NCBI GenBank assembly: GCA_046583195.1
Contig: JAYGCV010000010.1
Location: 11,068 to 75,067 of the forward strand
Reading direction: 5' to 3'
DNA length: 64,000 nt
From: Myxococcota bacterium
Lineage (GTDB): Bacteria; Myxococcota_A; UBA9160; UBA4427
How positions within the stretch are numbered: position 1 is the first letter of the stretch; each line of letters starts with the position of its first letter. Positions 49,951-60,667 of the stretch are shown here, piece after piece. The position numbers and the translations under genes were made by a program. A model generated the notes under the pieces. It ran no database searches. It worked only from the letters and a program-made list of their open reading frames with translations, and was not told where the DNA came from.

Positions 49951-50481
49951 ATGGCTGGCTGCGAAATCTGGCTGATCCGCCACGGCGAGAGCGATTGGAA
50001 CGCAGCCGGGCGTTGGCAGGGTCACGGCAACCCGGGACTCTCCGCGCGCGGCCGGGAGCAGGCCGCCGCGCGGGCTCTTCGCCTTGCGGGGGAAGGCTTC
50101 GACGCGCTCTACGCCAGCGATCTGCAGCGTGCGCTCGAAACGGCTGCGGCGATCGGGGTGCGGATTGGGCTCGAAGCGGTCGTCGATCCGCGGCTTCGCG
50201 AGCGCGACGTCGGGCGTTGGACGGGGCTCCGCGCCGCGGAAATCCGCCGTACCGAGGCCGCGTTGCTCCTGCGCTTCGAACGCCGAGACGATCCGGATCT
50301 CCGGCCCGGGGGCGGCGAGAGCGACAACGACCTCGCGCGCCGGGTGCGTCCCTGCCTGGCCGAACTCGGCGCCGCGCACCCCGGACAGAAGATCGCCTGT
50401 GTCACCCATCTCGGGGTGGTGAGACTCTTCGCTCCGCAGAGCGCGCCCGACTTCGCCTCGGTGACGGTGATCAAAGGCTGA
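49951..50481 (+). CDS. Histidine phosphatase family protein (phosphoglycerate mutase / CobC-like)
   Basis: The LIRHGESDWN catalytic RHG motif, LSARGREQA, and SDLQRALETA. 176 aa. Confidence 0.85.
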   Translation: MAGCEIWLIRHGESDWNAAGRWQGHGNPGLSARGREQAAARALRLAGEGFDALYASDLQRALETAAAIGVRIGLEAVVDPRLRERDVGRWTGLRAAEIRRTEAALLLRFERRDDPDLRPGGGESDNDLARRVRPCLAELGAAHPGQKIACVTHLGVVRLFAPQSAPDFASVTVIKG

Positions 50482-50486
50482 GGGAC

Positions 50487-52157
50487 TCAGCGCGCGCCGC
50501 GACCCGGCTCGGTGCGCCAGACCCGCAGTCCCTCGAGCAGGACCCAGACGTCGAGCAATAGGACGGCGCTGCCGATGCCGGCGAGCAGCGCGTACTCCTC
50601 CAGGTTCGCGAAGTAGCCCAACAGCGCGTCGACCATCGCCCACAGCGTCATTCCCGCGACCAGCGCCATGGGAACCAGCGTGTAGGCGACCGGCCGTCCC
50701 TGGCGTCTTAGCCACAGCGACACCACCAGCAGAGTGACGCCGGCGACGAGTTGGTTGGTGGTGCCAAAGAGCGGCCAGAGGATCAGGCCGCCCTGGCCGC
50801 CGCCCTGGGTGAGGGCCAAAAGGAGTGCGGCGCTGATGCCGAGGCCCCCCGCGAGATAGCGATTGCGGAGCGAGCGGATGCCGTAGGAGTCCGCGAGTTC
50901 GGAGATGACGAGGCGTTGGATGCGCGCGCCGGTATCGAGCGAGGTGGCAGCGAACGCGATCACCATCACGGCGATGAAGACGCGACCGGTGTCCTCGGGA
51001 ATGCCCAGCGCTTCGAGGAAGCGGGCCCCTCCCATCACGAAGGCCTCGAGTTTCGCCGAGAGGCCGCTGGCGGTCTCCCAACTTGCGTAGTGCTGGTTCC
51101 ACTCCGCCTGGCTGGCGAAGCCGGCGGTCGCGGCGAGCACCGCCAGCAGTCCGAGGTACCCCTCGCAGAGCATTCCCCCATAGCCGATGGGGCGCGCGTC
51201 GGTCGCGCGTTCGACCTGCTTCGACGTGGTTCCCGAGGCGACCAGTCCGTGGAAGCCGGAGATGGCCCCGCAGGCAATCGTGATGAAGAGAAAGGGAACC
51301 AGCGGCGGAGCCCCGGCGGGCTGCCATTGGATCGCCGGAGCCATGATCTCGGGCTGCAGCACGAAGAGGCCGGCGGTGAGCAGGACGAGCCCTGTGACCA
51401 ACTGGTGGGAATTCAGGTAGTCGCGCGGCTGCAGCAGCAGCCACACCGGCAGCACCGAGGCCACGAGTGAGTAGAGCAGCAGGATCCACACCCAGCCCGT
51501 TACCGAGATCCCTAAAAGCGCCGGAAAGGCCGCGGCGAAGGCGTCGCCGAAGAAGATCGACGTCAGCAGCACGGCGTACGCCAGAAGCGACGGACCGAGC
51601 AGCCCGACACCGCGGCGATGGATGCCCCAGCCCAGGGCGAGAGCGAGGAAGAGTTGGATCCAGATCGGGAAGATCGCGCCCGGGTTGGCCTGGAAGAGGG
51701 TTCCGATGATGAAGGCAAAGACCGCCAGCACGATCCAGATCAGGAACGAGATGATCAGCAGGAAGAGCGCCTGCACGCGCTTTGAAATAACTTCGCCGGC
51801 GATGTCCCCGATCGAGTGACCGCGGTGGCGCAGGCTGATCACCAGGGCCGCGAAGTCGTGGACCGCACCCATGAAGAGGGTGCCGATCACCACCCATAAA
51901 AGGGCCGGGAGCCAGCCCCAGATCACGGCGATCGCGGGCCCGACGATCGGTGCGGCGCCGGCGATCGAGGTGAAATGGTGGCCCCAGAGAATCCGCAGCG
52001 GCGTCGGGACGTAATCGACGCCGTCGCGGAATTCAGTTGCGGGAACCCGCTCGTTGGCATCGAGCCCAAAGAGCTTGCGCGCGAGGAAACGCGAGTAGAA
52101 GCGGTAGCCGAGCGCAAAGGCCACCAGCACCAGGAGGGCGAGAACGGCGGCGTTCAT
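50487..52157 (-). CDS. cstA: Carbon starvation protein A (peptide/pyruvate transporter family)
   Basis: ATG 52157 gives MNAAVLALLVLVAFALGYRFYSRFLARKLF. Motifs: LWGHHFTSIAGAGPIVGP, AVHDF, CGAISGFHGLV. The track ORF adds 53 upstream codons. Confidence 0.92.
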   Translation of the reverse strand: MNAAVLALLVLVAFALGYRFYSRFLARKLFGLDANERVPATEFRDGVDYVPTPLRILWGHHFTSIAGAAPIVGPAIAVIWGWLPALLWVVIGTLFMGAVHDFAALVISLRHRGHSIGDIAGEVISKRVQALFLLIISFLIWIVLAVFAFIIGTLFQANPGAIFPIWIQLFLALALGWGIHRRGVGLLGPSLLAYAVLLTSIFFGDAFAAAFPALLGISVTGWVWILLLYSLVASVLPVWLLLQPRDYLNSHQLVTGLVLLTAGLFVLQPEIMAPAIQWQPAGAPPLVPFLFITIACGAISGFHGLVASGTTSKQVERATDARPIGYGGMLCEGYLGLLAVLAATAGFASQAEWNQHYASWETASGLSAKLEAFVMGGARFLEALGIPEDTGRVFIAVMVIAFAATSLDTGARIQRLVISELADSYGIRSLRNRYLAGGLGISAALLLALTQGGGQGGLILWPLFGTTNQLVAGVTLLVVSLWLRRQGRPVAYTLVPMALVAGMTLWAMVDALLGYFANLEEYALLAGIGSAVLLLDVWVLLEGLRVWRTEPGRGAR

Positions 52158-52357
52158 CGGGTGCTGCGCTCCTCGGGGGTTGGCCCCGTCCGGCAGGGCC
52201 GTCGAGACGCGCCGCGCGCGGGAGGGGGGGCGGTGCTGGACCCTGCTGCAAGGCTCCCGACCTACGCTATCAGACTCGGGGTGCCCCGCTCGCGCGAGTC
52301 GCCCCGGCTGTCGCATACTGGGGGCCGGGGGGAAGCGTGAGCGAAGACGCCGGTCGG

Positions 52358-53917
52358 ATGGCGCCCGGTGGTCCGAAACCGGCGGGCGTGGGGGCCATCG
52401 CCCTTGCGCTGGCGGCCGGTGTCGCGGCCTCGCGCGCGCTCGGCTACCTGCGAGACGTTCTGCTCGCCGACCGCGTGGGCGCAGGCGGCGAGGCGGATGC
52501 CTACTACGCGGCCTTTCAGGTCCCCGACCTGCTCAACTACCTGTTGGCGGGAGGCGCGCTCGCGATCGCCTTCATCCCGCTCTACAACCGGGTTCGGAAC
52601 GCCGATGGCGACCCCGCAGCGGCAAAGCTCTTCGCGAACATTCTCGGCTGGGTGGCCGTGGTCTCGGTGCTGGGGACCGCGGCCCTGTGGTGGTACGCCG
52701 ACGCGCTGATCGCGCTCCAATTTCCGCGCTTTAGTCCTGCCGAACACGAACTGACCGTGCGGCTCACCCGCATCGTGCTTCCGGCACAGGTCTTCTTCCT
52801 GACCGGGGGGATCGCGCGCGCCGTCCTGATGGCCCACGGGCGTTTCACGGCCCAGGCGCTCGCTCCGGTGCTCTACAACGTCGCCGTGATCCTGGGCGGG
52901 TGGTGGACGGGGACGGCCGAGGGATTCGCCTGGGGCGTTCTCGTCGGCAGTTTCCTCGGTCCCTTTCTCCTCGCCTTTGCCCTCCTGCTGCGCTCCGGGC
53001 TTCCGCGCATCCGTTTGCGTATCGCCTTTGATCCATCGCTGCGCGCCTACCTGTGGCTCGCGCTCCCGCTGATGCTGGGGCTCTCGCTGGCCACCGTGGA
53101 CGAGTGGTACGAGCGCTGGTTTGGCGGTCTGCTGGCGACGGGAACCGTGGCCCACCTGGCCTACGCGCGAAAGTTGATGATGGCCCCGGTGGCGATCGTG
53201 GGGCAGGCGGTGGGCGCAGCACTGCTGCCGGTGTTGGCGCGCTTGCACGCGAACGCCAGCGAGCACGAATTCGGCCAAACCCTCGACCGCACGCTGCAGG
53301 CGGCGGTCTCGCTGGCGCTGCTGGCCGCGGGGGCTTCCTTTGCGCTGGCCCGCCCGCTGGTCGAGGTGGTCTATCGGCACGGTCGTTTCCTGGAGGCGGA
53401 CGCTGCGGCCGTGGCAGCGATTCTGGCGGTGCTCTCCTTCGGGGTGCCGGCCTGGGTCGTCCAGCAGGTCGCTGCGCGCGCCTTCTACGCCCGCGGAGAC
53501 ACCTGGCGTCCGATGATCCTGGGGAGCGTGATTGCCCTGGTCGCGATCCCGCTTTACCTCCACGCGGGGCAGGACCACGGGGCCCCGGGTCTGGCGGGGG
53601 CCGGCGTTCTGGCGATGAGCCTGAATGCCGTGGCGACCCTCGCGTGGGCGCGCTGGCGGCAAGCCTCGCCGCGCCTGGGCGCCTTCTTCGCAAGTGCTGC
53701 GCGCGCCCTCCTGGTGGCGTGCCTCAGTGCCTGGGCGGTGCGGGCGCTTGCCGGAGAGCCCGCCGCGGATTGGTCCGGGGCGGCGTTCGCGCTGGCCCGC
53801 GGCGCCTCGGTGTACGCGGCGCTCGCGCTGGGGCTCGGTTATCTGCTGGGGGGGCCGGCGCTGCGCGGCGCGCTCGGTCGACTCTGGCAGCGTCTGGCCC
53901 GGCGCCCGTCTCGATGA
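52358..53917 (+). CDS. murJ: Lipid II flippase MurJ
   Basis: Motifs: SRALGYLRDVLLADRVGAGGEADAYYAAFQVPDLL, AFIPLY. About 14 TM segments. The start is ATG 52358 or GTG 52337; the upstream part of the track ORF overlaps cstA antisense. Confidence 0.9.
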   Translation: MAPGGPKPAGVGAIALALAAGVAASRALGYLRDVLLADRVGAGGEADAYYAAFQVPDLLNYLLAGGALAIAFIPLYNRVRNADGDPAAAKLFANILGWVAVVSVLGTAALWWYADALIALQFPRFSPAEHELTVRLTRIVLPAQVFFLTGGIARAVLMAHGRFTAQALAPVLYNVAVILGGWWTGTAEGFAWGVLVGSFLGPFLLAFALLLRSGLPRIRLRIAFDPSLRAYLWLALPLMLGLSLATVDEWYERWFGGLLATGTVAHLAYARKLMMAPVAIVGQAVGAALLPVLARLHANASEHEFGQTLDRTLQAAVSLALLAAGASFALARPLVEVVYRHGRFLEADAAAVAAILAVLSFGVPAWVVQQVAARAFYARGDTWRPMILGSVIALVAIPLYLHAGQDHGAPGLAGAGVLAMSLNAVATLAWARWRQASPRLGAFFASAARALLVACLSAWAVRALAGEPAADWSGAAFALARGASVYAALALGLGYLLGGPALRGALGRLWQRLARRPSR

Positions 53918-56900
53918 CTGATGTTTCGGCTTCGGCTTCGGTCTCGGGTTCGGTCTCGGGCTGGGAGTTCTGGATCGACCGGGGAGGCACCTTCACCGAC
54001 TGCGTGGCGCTCGATCCCGACGGCGGCATGCATTGGGCGAAGCAGCTCTCGAGTGACACGGCGCCGGTCGAGGTGATTCGACAGATTCTCGAGAGAGCGG
54101 ATGCGGTCCGGCCGGGGGACGTGTTGCCGGCGTGCCTGGTGAAGTCCGGGTCGACGCTGGCGACGAATGCACTGCTCGAGCGCCGGGGGGTGCCAACGGG
54201 CCTGGTGGCGAATCGAGGTCTCAGCGGCGTCTTCGAGATCCGCACCCAGCAGCGGCCGGATCTTTTCGCCCTCGACATCCGCTGCCCGGCGCCGGTACAC
54301 GCGCTCGCCATCGAGATTCCGGGGCGGGTCGATGCCGAGGGTGCGGTCCTCGAAGCCTTCGATCCCGAGGCCGTGCGAACGGAACTTGCGAAGGCTCGCC
54401 GGGCCGGCGTGCGCTCGATCGCGGTGGCGCTGATCCACGCCTATTCGAGCCCAGAATTCGAGCGCCAGGCGGTGGCCATCGCGCGAGAGGAAGGCTTTGA
54501 ATACGCGGTGTCCTCGCACGAAGTGGCTCGCGAATTGGGGCTCCTGGCGCGCGGTGAGACCGCGGCCGTGGATGCCTACCTGACACCGCTGCTCCGGGAG
54601 CACGTCGAAGGGCTGCAGGCTGCGCTGCCCGGGTCGGTGCTGCGCTTCATGCAATCGTCGGGCGGGCTGGCCTCGGCCGAGCGTTATCGCGGTCCCACGG
54701 CGTTGCTCTCGGGGCCCGCGGGTGGCGTGGTGGCGGCGGCACGGGTGGCCCGCGAAGCCGGATTCGATCGCGCCCTCACCTTTGACATGGGGGGAACCTC
54801 AACGGACGTCTCGCTGGTGCGTGGGGCGACGCCGGAAGCCACCTTCGAATCCGAGATCGGGGGCGTGCGCGTGCTGGCCCCGATGTTGCGGATCCATACG
54901 GTCGCGGCCGGCGGCGGCTCCCGATGCCGTTTTGACGGCTTCCGGCAGAGTGTCGGGCCCGAGAGTACCGGCGCCGATCCGGGCCCCCTCTGTTATGGGC
55001 GGGCCTCGGGTGACAGTACGGAACATGAGCCTTCCGGGGGACTTGCCCTCACTGATGTCAACTATTTTCTAGGAAGAATCCAGGGCGATCGCTTCCCCTT
55101 CACGCTGTCGCAAGAGCCGGTCGTACGGGCGCTCGAGGCCGTCCAGGCGGAGTTGGCCGCAGCCGGCTTCGAGCGCGACCTCGATGCCGTGGCGGCCGGC
55201 TTTGTCGAGGTCGCGAACGCCAACATGGCCCAGGCGATCCAGCGGGTTTCGGTCGCTCGCGGCGCCGATCCACGCGACTTCGTGCTGGTGGGCTTCGGCG
55301 GCGCGGGCGGCCAGCATGTGTGTGCGTTGGCGCGCACGCTTTCGATTCGGCGCGTGCTGCTGCACCCGCTGGCAGGCTTGCTCTCGGCCTACGGGATCGG
55401 GGTTGCCGAGGCGCGCTGGGATCGCTCCCGGGATGTCGGGCGCGTGCACCTGCCGCGGGATTCGACGGCGCTTCCCGAGAGCCTCGTCGCCACGCTTGCC
55501 GAACTCGAGGCCAGCGGCCGGAGCGAACTGGCGGAGGATGGGGTCTCGGAGTCGGATGCCGTGTGGGAGCATTTCCTCGACCTCCGCTACGCGGGCACCG
55601 ACACCGCACTCTCGATCCTGTGCCCGCCTGCGGAGGGAACTCTGTGCGAGGCCTTCCTGGCGGAACATCAGCAGCGCTTCGGCTACTGCCGCGAGGATCG
55701 CGCGATCGAGATCGTGACCGCCCGGGTGCGCGGACGGGGCGCGCCGCGCGCCGTGGGCTTCCGCCCCGAAAGCGTCGGGGTCGCCGCGAAAACGAAAGGC
55801 GCATCCCCGAAGCCGCTTCGCTACGAGACCATCTGGTTTCCGGATGTCGGAAGGCAGCGAGTCCCGATCTACGCCCGCGAGGACCTGCGGCCGGGGTTTA
55901 CGAGGGAGGGCCCGTTCCTCGTGCTCGAGGCGACGGGGACGGTGGCGGTCGACCCGGGGTTTCGCGCTCGCGTCGAGGTCGGTGGTCTGCTGATCCTCGA
56001 AACCGATGGCGCAGCCATGGCTGCGAAACCGGACCCCCTGGAAGAGGCCGACCCCGTGCGCCTCGAGGTCTTCGGGAACCGCTTCATGGCCCTGGCCGAG
56101 CAGATGGGAGCCGTGCTCCGAAACACCGCGGTCTCCACCAACATCAAGGATCGCCTCGACTACTCCTGCGCGGTCTTCGACGCCGAAGGCGGACTGATCG
56201 CCAACGCGCCGCATATCCCGGTGCATCTCGGCGCCATGCAGGAGACGGTTCGCGCGGTCCGCGAGCGCTTCCCCGAACTTCTCGAGGGCGAGGCCGTCGC
56301 CACCAACGACCCCCTCGCCGGGGGCTCGCATCTCCCCGACGTGACCCTGGTGACGCCGGTTTTCCTGGACTCGGCGCGGCCGGTGTTCTTCGTGGCCAGC
56401 CGCGGGCATCACGCCGATATCGGCGGGCGCACGCCCGGATCGATGCCGCCGGATTCCCGGAGCCTCGAGGAAGAGGGGGTCGTTCTCGAACCCTTTCGGT
56501 TGCTTCGCGGAGGCGTCTTCGATGCCGAGGAACTCGCGCGCCGGCTCGGCGCGGGGCGGTTTCCGGCGCGCTGTCCGGACGACAACCGGGCCGATCTCGA
56601 GGCCATGGTGGCGGCCAACCGCGCGGGCAGCCGCTGGCTGGCAGAATTCGTGACCGAGGTGGGTCGCGAGCGGGTGGAGGCGACGACGCGCCAACTGCAG
56701 CGGGCCGCCGGGGAAAAGGTGGCGGCTGAGATCGCGAAGCTGCGCGACGGGGAGCATCGCTTCGAGGACCGCATGGACGATGGCACGCCGGTGTGTGTCA
56801 CGCTGCGGGTCCGCGGTGACCGGATGCAGGTCGATTTCGAGGGCACGGGCCCTCCCAGTCCGACCAATCTCAACGCGCCGCGGGCGGTGGTGCACGCGGC

Positions 56901-57597
56901 GGTGCTCTATGTCCTGCGCGCCCTGGTCAACGAGGCGATTCCACTCAATGGGGGGTGTCTCCAGCCGGTGGAGATCACGATCCCCCCGAATTCCCTGCTC
57001 GACCCCGCGCCGGGTGCCGCAGTCGTGGGCGGGAACGTCGAAACCTCCCAGCGGATCGTCGATGTCCTGCTCGGCGCGCTGGGGCGCGCCGCGGCGAGCC
57101 AGGGCACGATGAACAACGTGACCTTCGGCAACCAGGATTTTGCCTACTACGAGACGCTGGGCGGGGGAGCGGGAGCGGGTCCGGACTTTGAGGGCGCCTC
57201 GGGAGTGCACACCCACATGACGAATACGAGGATCACCGACGCAGAGATCCTGGAGGTGCGCTTTCCGGTTCGACTGATCGAGTTCGGCCTGCGCGCCGGC
57301 TCGGGAGGCGCCGGGCGCACGCGCGGCGGCGATGGCGTCGTCCGCACCTTTGAGTTCACGGCGCCGGTCACGGTGAGTCTTCTCGCCGAGCGTCGGGAGA
57401 CGGCACCCTTTGGGCTCGAAGGCGGGGAGCCGGGCCAGCGGGGGAGGCACTGGGCCGTGCGCAATGGCGAGTGGGAAGCCTTGCCCGGTCACTGCAGTAT
57501 CGAACTCTCCGCCGGGGATCGACTCGGGATCGAGACGCCCGGCGGCGGCGGTTTTGGGCGCGCTTCGGGTCTTGCCGCCGACCCGCCTTCCCTCTAA
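53914..57597 (+). CDS. Fused hydantoinase/oxoprolinase (HyuA-HyuB type, ATP-dependent 5-oxoprolinase-like)
   Basis: ATG 53914 (ATGA overlap with the murJ stop). [17 protein letters not shown]-terminus; [10 protein letters not shown] (hydantoinase A ATPase fold). C-terminal hydantoinase B region: [42 protein letters not shown]. 1227 aa. Confidence 0.9.
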   Translation: MTDVSASASVSGSVSGWEFWIDRGGTFTDCVALDPDGGMHWAKQLSSDTAPVEVIRQILERADAVRPGDVLPACLVKSGSTLATNALLERRGVPTGLVANRGLSGVFEIRTQQRPDLFALDIRCPAPVHALAIEIPGRVDAEGAVLEAFDPEAVRTELAKARRAGVRSIAVALIHAYSSPEFERQAVAIAREEGFEYAVSSHEVARELGLLARGETAAVDAYLTPLLREHVEGLQAALPGSVLRFMQSSGGLASAERYRGPTALLSGPAGGVVAAARVAREAGFDRALTFDMGGTSTDVSLVRGATPEATFESEIGGVRVLAPMLRIHTVAAGGGSRCRFDGFRQSVGPESTGADPGPLCYGRASGDSTEHEPSGGLALTDVNYFLGRIQGDRFPFTLSQEPVVRALEAVQAELAAAGFERDLDAVAAGFVEVANANMAQAIQRVSVARGADPRDFVLVGFGGAGGQHVCALARTLSIRRVLLHPLAGLLSAYGIGVAEARWDRSRDVGRVHLPRDSTALPESLVATLAELEASGRSELAEDGVSESDAVWEHFLDLRYAGTDTALSILCPPAEGTLCEAFLAEHQQRFGYCREDRAIEIVTARVRGRGAPRAVGFRPESVGVAAKTKGASPKPLRYETIWFPDVGRQRVPIYAREDLRPGFTREGPFLVLEATGTVAVDPGFRARVEVGGLLILETDGAAMAAKPDPLEEADPVRLEVFGNRFMALAEQMGAVLRNTAVSTNIKDRLDYSCAVFDAEGGLIANAPHIPVHLGAMQETVRAVRERFPELLEGEAVATNDPLAGGSHLPDVTLVTPVFLDSARPVFFVASRGHHADIGGRTPGSMPPDSRSLEEEGVVLEPFRLLRGGVFDAEELARRLGAGRFPARCPDDNRADLEAMVAANRAGSRWLAEFVTEVGRERVEATTRQLQRAAGEKVAAEIAKLRDGEHRFEDRMDDGTPVCVTLRVRGDRMQVDFEGTGPPSPTNLNAPRAVVHAAVLYVLRALVNEAIPLNGGCLQPVEITIPPNSLLDPAPGAAVVGGNVETSQRIVDVLLGALGRAAASQGTMNNVTFGNQDFAYYETLGGGAGAGPDFEGASGVHTHMTNTRITDAEILEVRFPVRLIEFGLRAGSGGAGRTRGGDGVVRTFEFTAPVTVSLLAERRETAPFGLEGGEPGQRGRHWAVRNGEWEALPGHCSIELSAGDRLGIETPGGGGFGRASGLAADPPSL

Positions 57598-57606
57598 GGT
57601 CGGCAT

Positions 57607-57682
57607 GGGCGCGTAGCTCAATTGGCAGAGCAAGGGACTCTTAATCCCTAGGTTCGGGGTTCGATTCCCCGCGCGCTCACCA
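57607..57682 (+). tRNA. tRNA-Lys (anticodon CUU), CCA encoded
   Basis: Manual cloverleaf: acceptor GGGCGCG/CGCGCTC (one G-U pair), D arm GCTC..GAGC, anticodon arm AGGGA-CTCTTAA-TCCCT, T arm CGGGG-TTCGATT-CCCCG, then A-CCA. Confidence 0.9.
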
Positions 57683-57800
57683 CTTTCGTTCTCTTCGACG
57701 ACGGCCACCACGCGGATCGGTGGCATCGCAGAAGCGGGGGCGGTCGATCCACCGCGCGAAAGTCTGTCCCAGGCCGGCGAAGAATCCGGGAGTCGCCCGC

Positions 57801-58835
57801 ATGCAGGTGTACACCACGGCGCCGATGGAAGACGCGCGCAGCGCCCGGCAGACCTTCCCGCGTCTCGAGTCGCTCGGCTACGACGGGGCCTTCTCCTTCG
57901 AGGCGAAACTCGACCCCTTCCTTCCGCTGGTTCTGGCCGCGGAGCACACGGACCGCCTGCGTCTCGGCACCGCGATCGCGATCGCCTTCGCGCGCACTCC
58001 GATGAACGTGGCCTACCTGGCGCACGGTCTGCAGGCGATCTCCGAGGGGCGCTTTCTGCTCGGGCTCGGCTCCCAGGTGCGACCGCATATCGAGAATCGT
58101 TTCGCGATGCCGTGGTCGCGACCCGCGGCGCGCATGGAAGAGTTCGTGAGGGCGCTGCGCGCCATCTTCGAGGCCTGGGAGCGGGGCGAGCCGCTTCGAT
58201 TCGAGGGCGAGTTCTACCGCCACACGCTGATGATCCCGGCTTTTGATCCGGGACCGAATCCGTTCGGGCCGCCGCCGATCTACACCGCGGGTTTCGGGCC
58301 GAAAATGACACGCGTGGCCGGAGTGGTGGCGGACGGCTTCCTGGCGCACCCCTTCTCGAGTCGGCGCTCGCTTCTCGAGCGCACGCTTCCCGCGCTCGAG
58401 GCCGGACTCGGTCTGGCGGGGCGCCGGCGCGAAGATCTCGACGTGATCTGCGCGACGCTGGTGGTGACCGGCGATTCCGAGGAGAGCTTCCGGACGAGCC
58501 GCGAGGCGGCCCGGAAACAGTTGGCGTTCTACGCCTCGACCCCCGCCTACCGAGGCACCCTCGAGGTGCACGGCTGGGAGGAGGTTCATCTCGAGGCGAA
58601 TCGATTGTCCAAACAGGGGGAATGGGACGCGATGACGGCGTTGATCTCCGACGAGGTGCTGGAGACGATTGCCGTGGTCGGGCCGCGCGTGGAGATCGCC
58701 GGCCGCATCGAGGCGAGGCTCGAAGGCATCGCCGACGGCGTGAGCCTCACCCACAACCGCTACCCGGACCCGTCCCAGTGGGCGGATGTCGTCGAGACCC
58801 TTCGCCAGGGTCGCTCGGCCCCCGTGTCGCCGTAG
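57801..58835 (+). CDS. Luciferase-like (LLM class) F420-dependent oxidoreductase
   Basis: ATG 57801. Motifs: LESLGYDGAFSFEAKLDPFLPL, RLRLGTAIAIAFARTPM, GRFLLGLGSQV...RF, typical of the TIM-barrel LLM family. Assignment to the F420 subgroup is from memory. Confidence 0.8.
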   Translation: MQVYTTAPMEDARSARQTFPRLESLGYDGAFSFEAKLDPFLPLVLAAEHTDRLRLGTAIAIAFARTPMNVAYLAHGLQAISEGRFLLGLGSQVRPHIENRFAMPWSRPAARMEEFVRALRAIFEAWERGEPLRFEGEFYRHTLMIPAFDPGPNPFGPPPIYTAGFGPKMTRVAGVVADGFLAHPFSSRRSLLERTLPALEAGLGLAGRRREDLDVICATLVVTGDSEESFRTSREAARKQLAFYASTPAYRGTLEVHGWEEVHLEANRLSKQGEWDAMTALISDEVLETIAVVGPRVEIAGRIEARLEGIADGVSLTHNRYPDPSQWADVVETLRQGRSAPVSP

Positions 58836-58864
58836 GAGCGGTCGGGGCGGTAGAATCGAAGCGT

Positions 58865-58951
58865 GCCCGGATGGCGGAACTGGCAGACGCTCAAGATTTA
58901 GGATCTTGTGTCCGAAAGGACGTGCGAGTTCGAATCTCGCTCCGGGCACCA
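58865..58951 (+). tRNA. tRNA-Leu (anticodon UAG), long variable arm, CCA encoded
   Basis: Acceptor GCCCGGA/TCCGGGC, anticodon arm CAAGA-TTTAGGA-TCTTG, variable arm GTCCGAAAGGAC, T arm GCGAG-TTCGAAT-CTCGC, then A-CCA. Confidence 0.9.
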
Positions 58952-59044
58952 GCGGTCGGCCAGAAGGATTGTACACAGCGGCTGAATTCGCGATCCTCCC
59001 GCCTCCGCAGAATCCACCCCCTTCCGAATCCCGAGTGAGCCTTC

Positions 59045-60424
59045 ATGACCCCCACCGATTCCCGTGCGCCGCTAGAGGACTCGCTTCGCGAGCCCACGCC
59101 TCCGGGTGAGGAGGTTGCGAGCGCTCGGGCCGACCTCCGCGTCAAGGTGGGGCAGGACGGTTCGGCCGTCCGCACGCTGATCGTGGAAGTGGGCCCCAAG
59201 CGCGTGGCGGCGATTTTCGATCGTGCCTACAAGGGCATCGGCCGGGGAGCCTCGGTCAAGGGATTCCGCAAGGGGAAGGTTCCAAAGAGTGTGCTCCGCA
59301 AGCTCTACGGCCATTCGCTCGGGCACGATGTGCAGCGGGTCCTGATCGAGGAAACGCTCCCGGATGCCATCGAACTCTCCGGCTATCGGCCGATCGTCGC
59401 GCCCGGCCTCGATGCCCCCGAGCCCGTGGAGACCGAAGGGTTTCGTTACACCGCACGCCTCGAATTGCGTCCCGAGATCCAGTTGCCGGACCTTGCGGGG
59501 TTGACCGCGACGCGGCCCGATACGCAGGTCGAGGAGGCGGAACTCGAGGAGCGACTCGAGGGGATCCGCGAGAGCCATGCCAAGCTCGTGGAAGAGCCCG
59601 AAGGCAGCGCGGCCGTAACCGGGCAGGTGCTCAAGATCGACTTCCAGGGGCGCATCGACGACGAACTCTTCGATGGCGGTAGCGCCGAGGGCGCCGAGGT
59701 GGAACTGGGCTCGGATCGTTTCATTCCCGGTTTCGAAGAACAACTGGTGGGTGCCGTGGCGGGCCAGGACCGGGAAGTCGAGGTGCAGTTTCCCGAAGAT
59801 TACAGCGCCGCCGAACTGGCGGGAAAGAAGGCGCACTTCGCGGTTCAGGTGCGTGCGGTCTGCAGTCGCAAGAAGCCCGACCTCGACGACGAGTTCGCGA
59901 AGGACCTCGGAGAATTCGAGACCCTCGAGGAACTGCGTACGAAGCTTCGCGAACAGATGCAGGAACAGAGCGAGCGCGCGGCGAAATCTGCGGTGCGTCG
60001 CGGCGTACTCGATGCGTTGCTCGAGGAGGTCGACTTCGAGGTCGGCCCGGCCACGGTGGAGAAGCAGCTCGAGGCGCACCTCCACTCGATGGTGCGGCGC
60101 TTTCAGGGACAGGTCCCGGACGAAGTCATTCGCGAGCAGGTCGAGCGCGCTCGCGAGGAGGGGCGACCGGGAGCGGAGCGCCGGGTCCGGGAGCGGCTGG
60201 TGCTCGACGAGGTGGCGACCCTCTGCGAAATCGTCGTGCCCGACGAGGCTCTTGACCAGCGGCTCGGTGAGATGGCCGCGGCCGAGGGCATGGACCCGAA
60301 GCAACTCGCGAAGCTGGCCCGGGACCAGGGCTGGATCGAAGCGCTGCGCGAAGAACTGCGCGAGGAGCAGGCTCTGGACCAGTTGGTTGCGAAAGCGAAG
60401 ATCGTAGGAGTGGCTACCGACTGA
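59045..60424 (+). CDS. tig: Trigger factor
   Basis: Ribosome-binding signature GFRKGKVPKSVL; FKBP-type PPIase core DFQGRIDDELFDGGSAEG...GSDRFIPGFEEQLVG. Located directly upstream of clpP-clpX-lon. It has an N-terminal ~30 aa extension relative to typical Tig. Confidence 0.93.
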   Translation: MTPTDSRAPLEDSLREPTPPGEEVASARADLRVKVGQDGSAVRTLIVEVGPKRVAAIFDRAYKGIGRGASVKGFRKGKVPKSVLRKLYGHSLGHDVQRVLIEETLPDAIELSGYRPIVAPGLDAPEPVETEGFRYTARLELRPEIQLPDLAGLTATRPDTQVEEAELEERLEGIRESHAKLVEEPEGSAAVTGQVLKIDFQGRIDDELFDGGSAEGAEVELGSDRFIPGFEEQLVGAVAGQDREVEVQFPEDYSAAELAGKKAHFAVQVRAVCSRKKPDLDDEFAKDLGEFETLEELRTKLREQMQEQSERAAKSAVRRGVLDALLEEVDFEVGPATVEKQLEAHLHSMVRRFQGQVPDEVIREQVERAREEGRPGAERRVRERLVLDEVATLCEIVVPDEALDQRLGEMAAAEGMDPKQLAKLARDQGWIEALREELREEQALDQLVAKAKIVGVATD

Positions 60425-60667
60425 GATTGGCGTAGGACGGACCCGGAGTTCCGCTTTCCCCCCGCACGGTTCGCGAGTTTTTCCCCTTGGTTGCGTGAAC
60501 GCCGGCAGGACGCCTCACGCCTGCGCGTGTCGGCACGGTGAGTGGCTGCGCTTGCCCCATCTGCAGCCGGGGGTAGGATGGGAAATCGGGGGAGGCCCGG
60601 TGAGCTTCCGAATTCAGGCTGATGCAGCGCGCTGCCTTGCGGGGCGCGCGGGGAGAGTCCATCCAGA

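Noticed and set aside
57607-58951. tRNA-flanked segment as a genomic island or integrative element.
   Set aside because: It has no integrase, excisionase or transposase, no direct repeat of a tRNA 3' end, only one cargo gene, and composition similar to the flanks as far as can be judged by eye.
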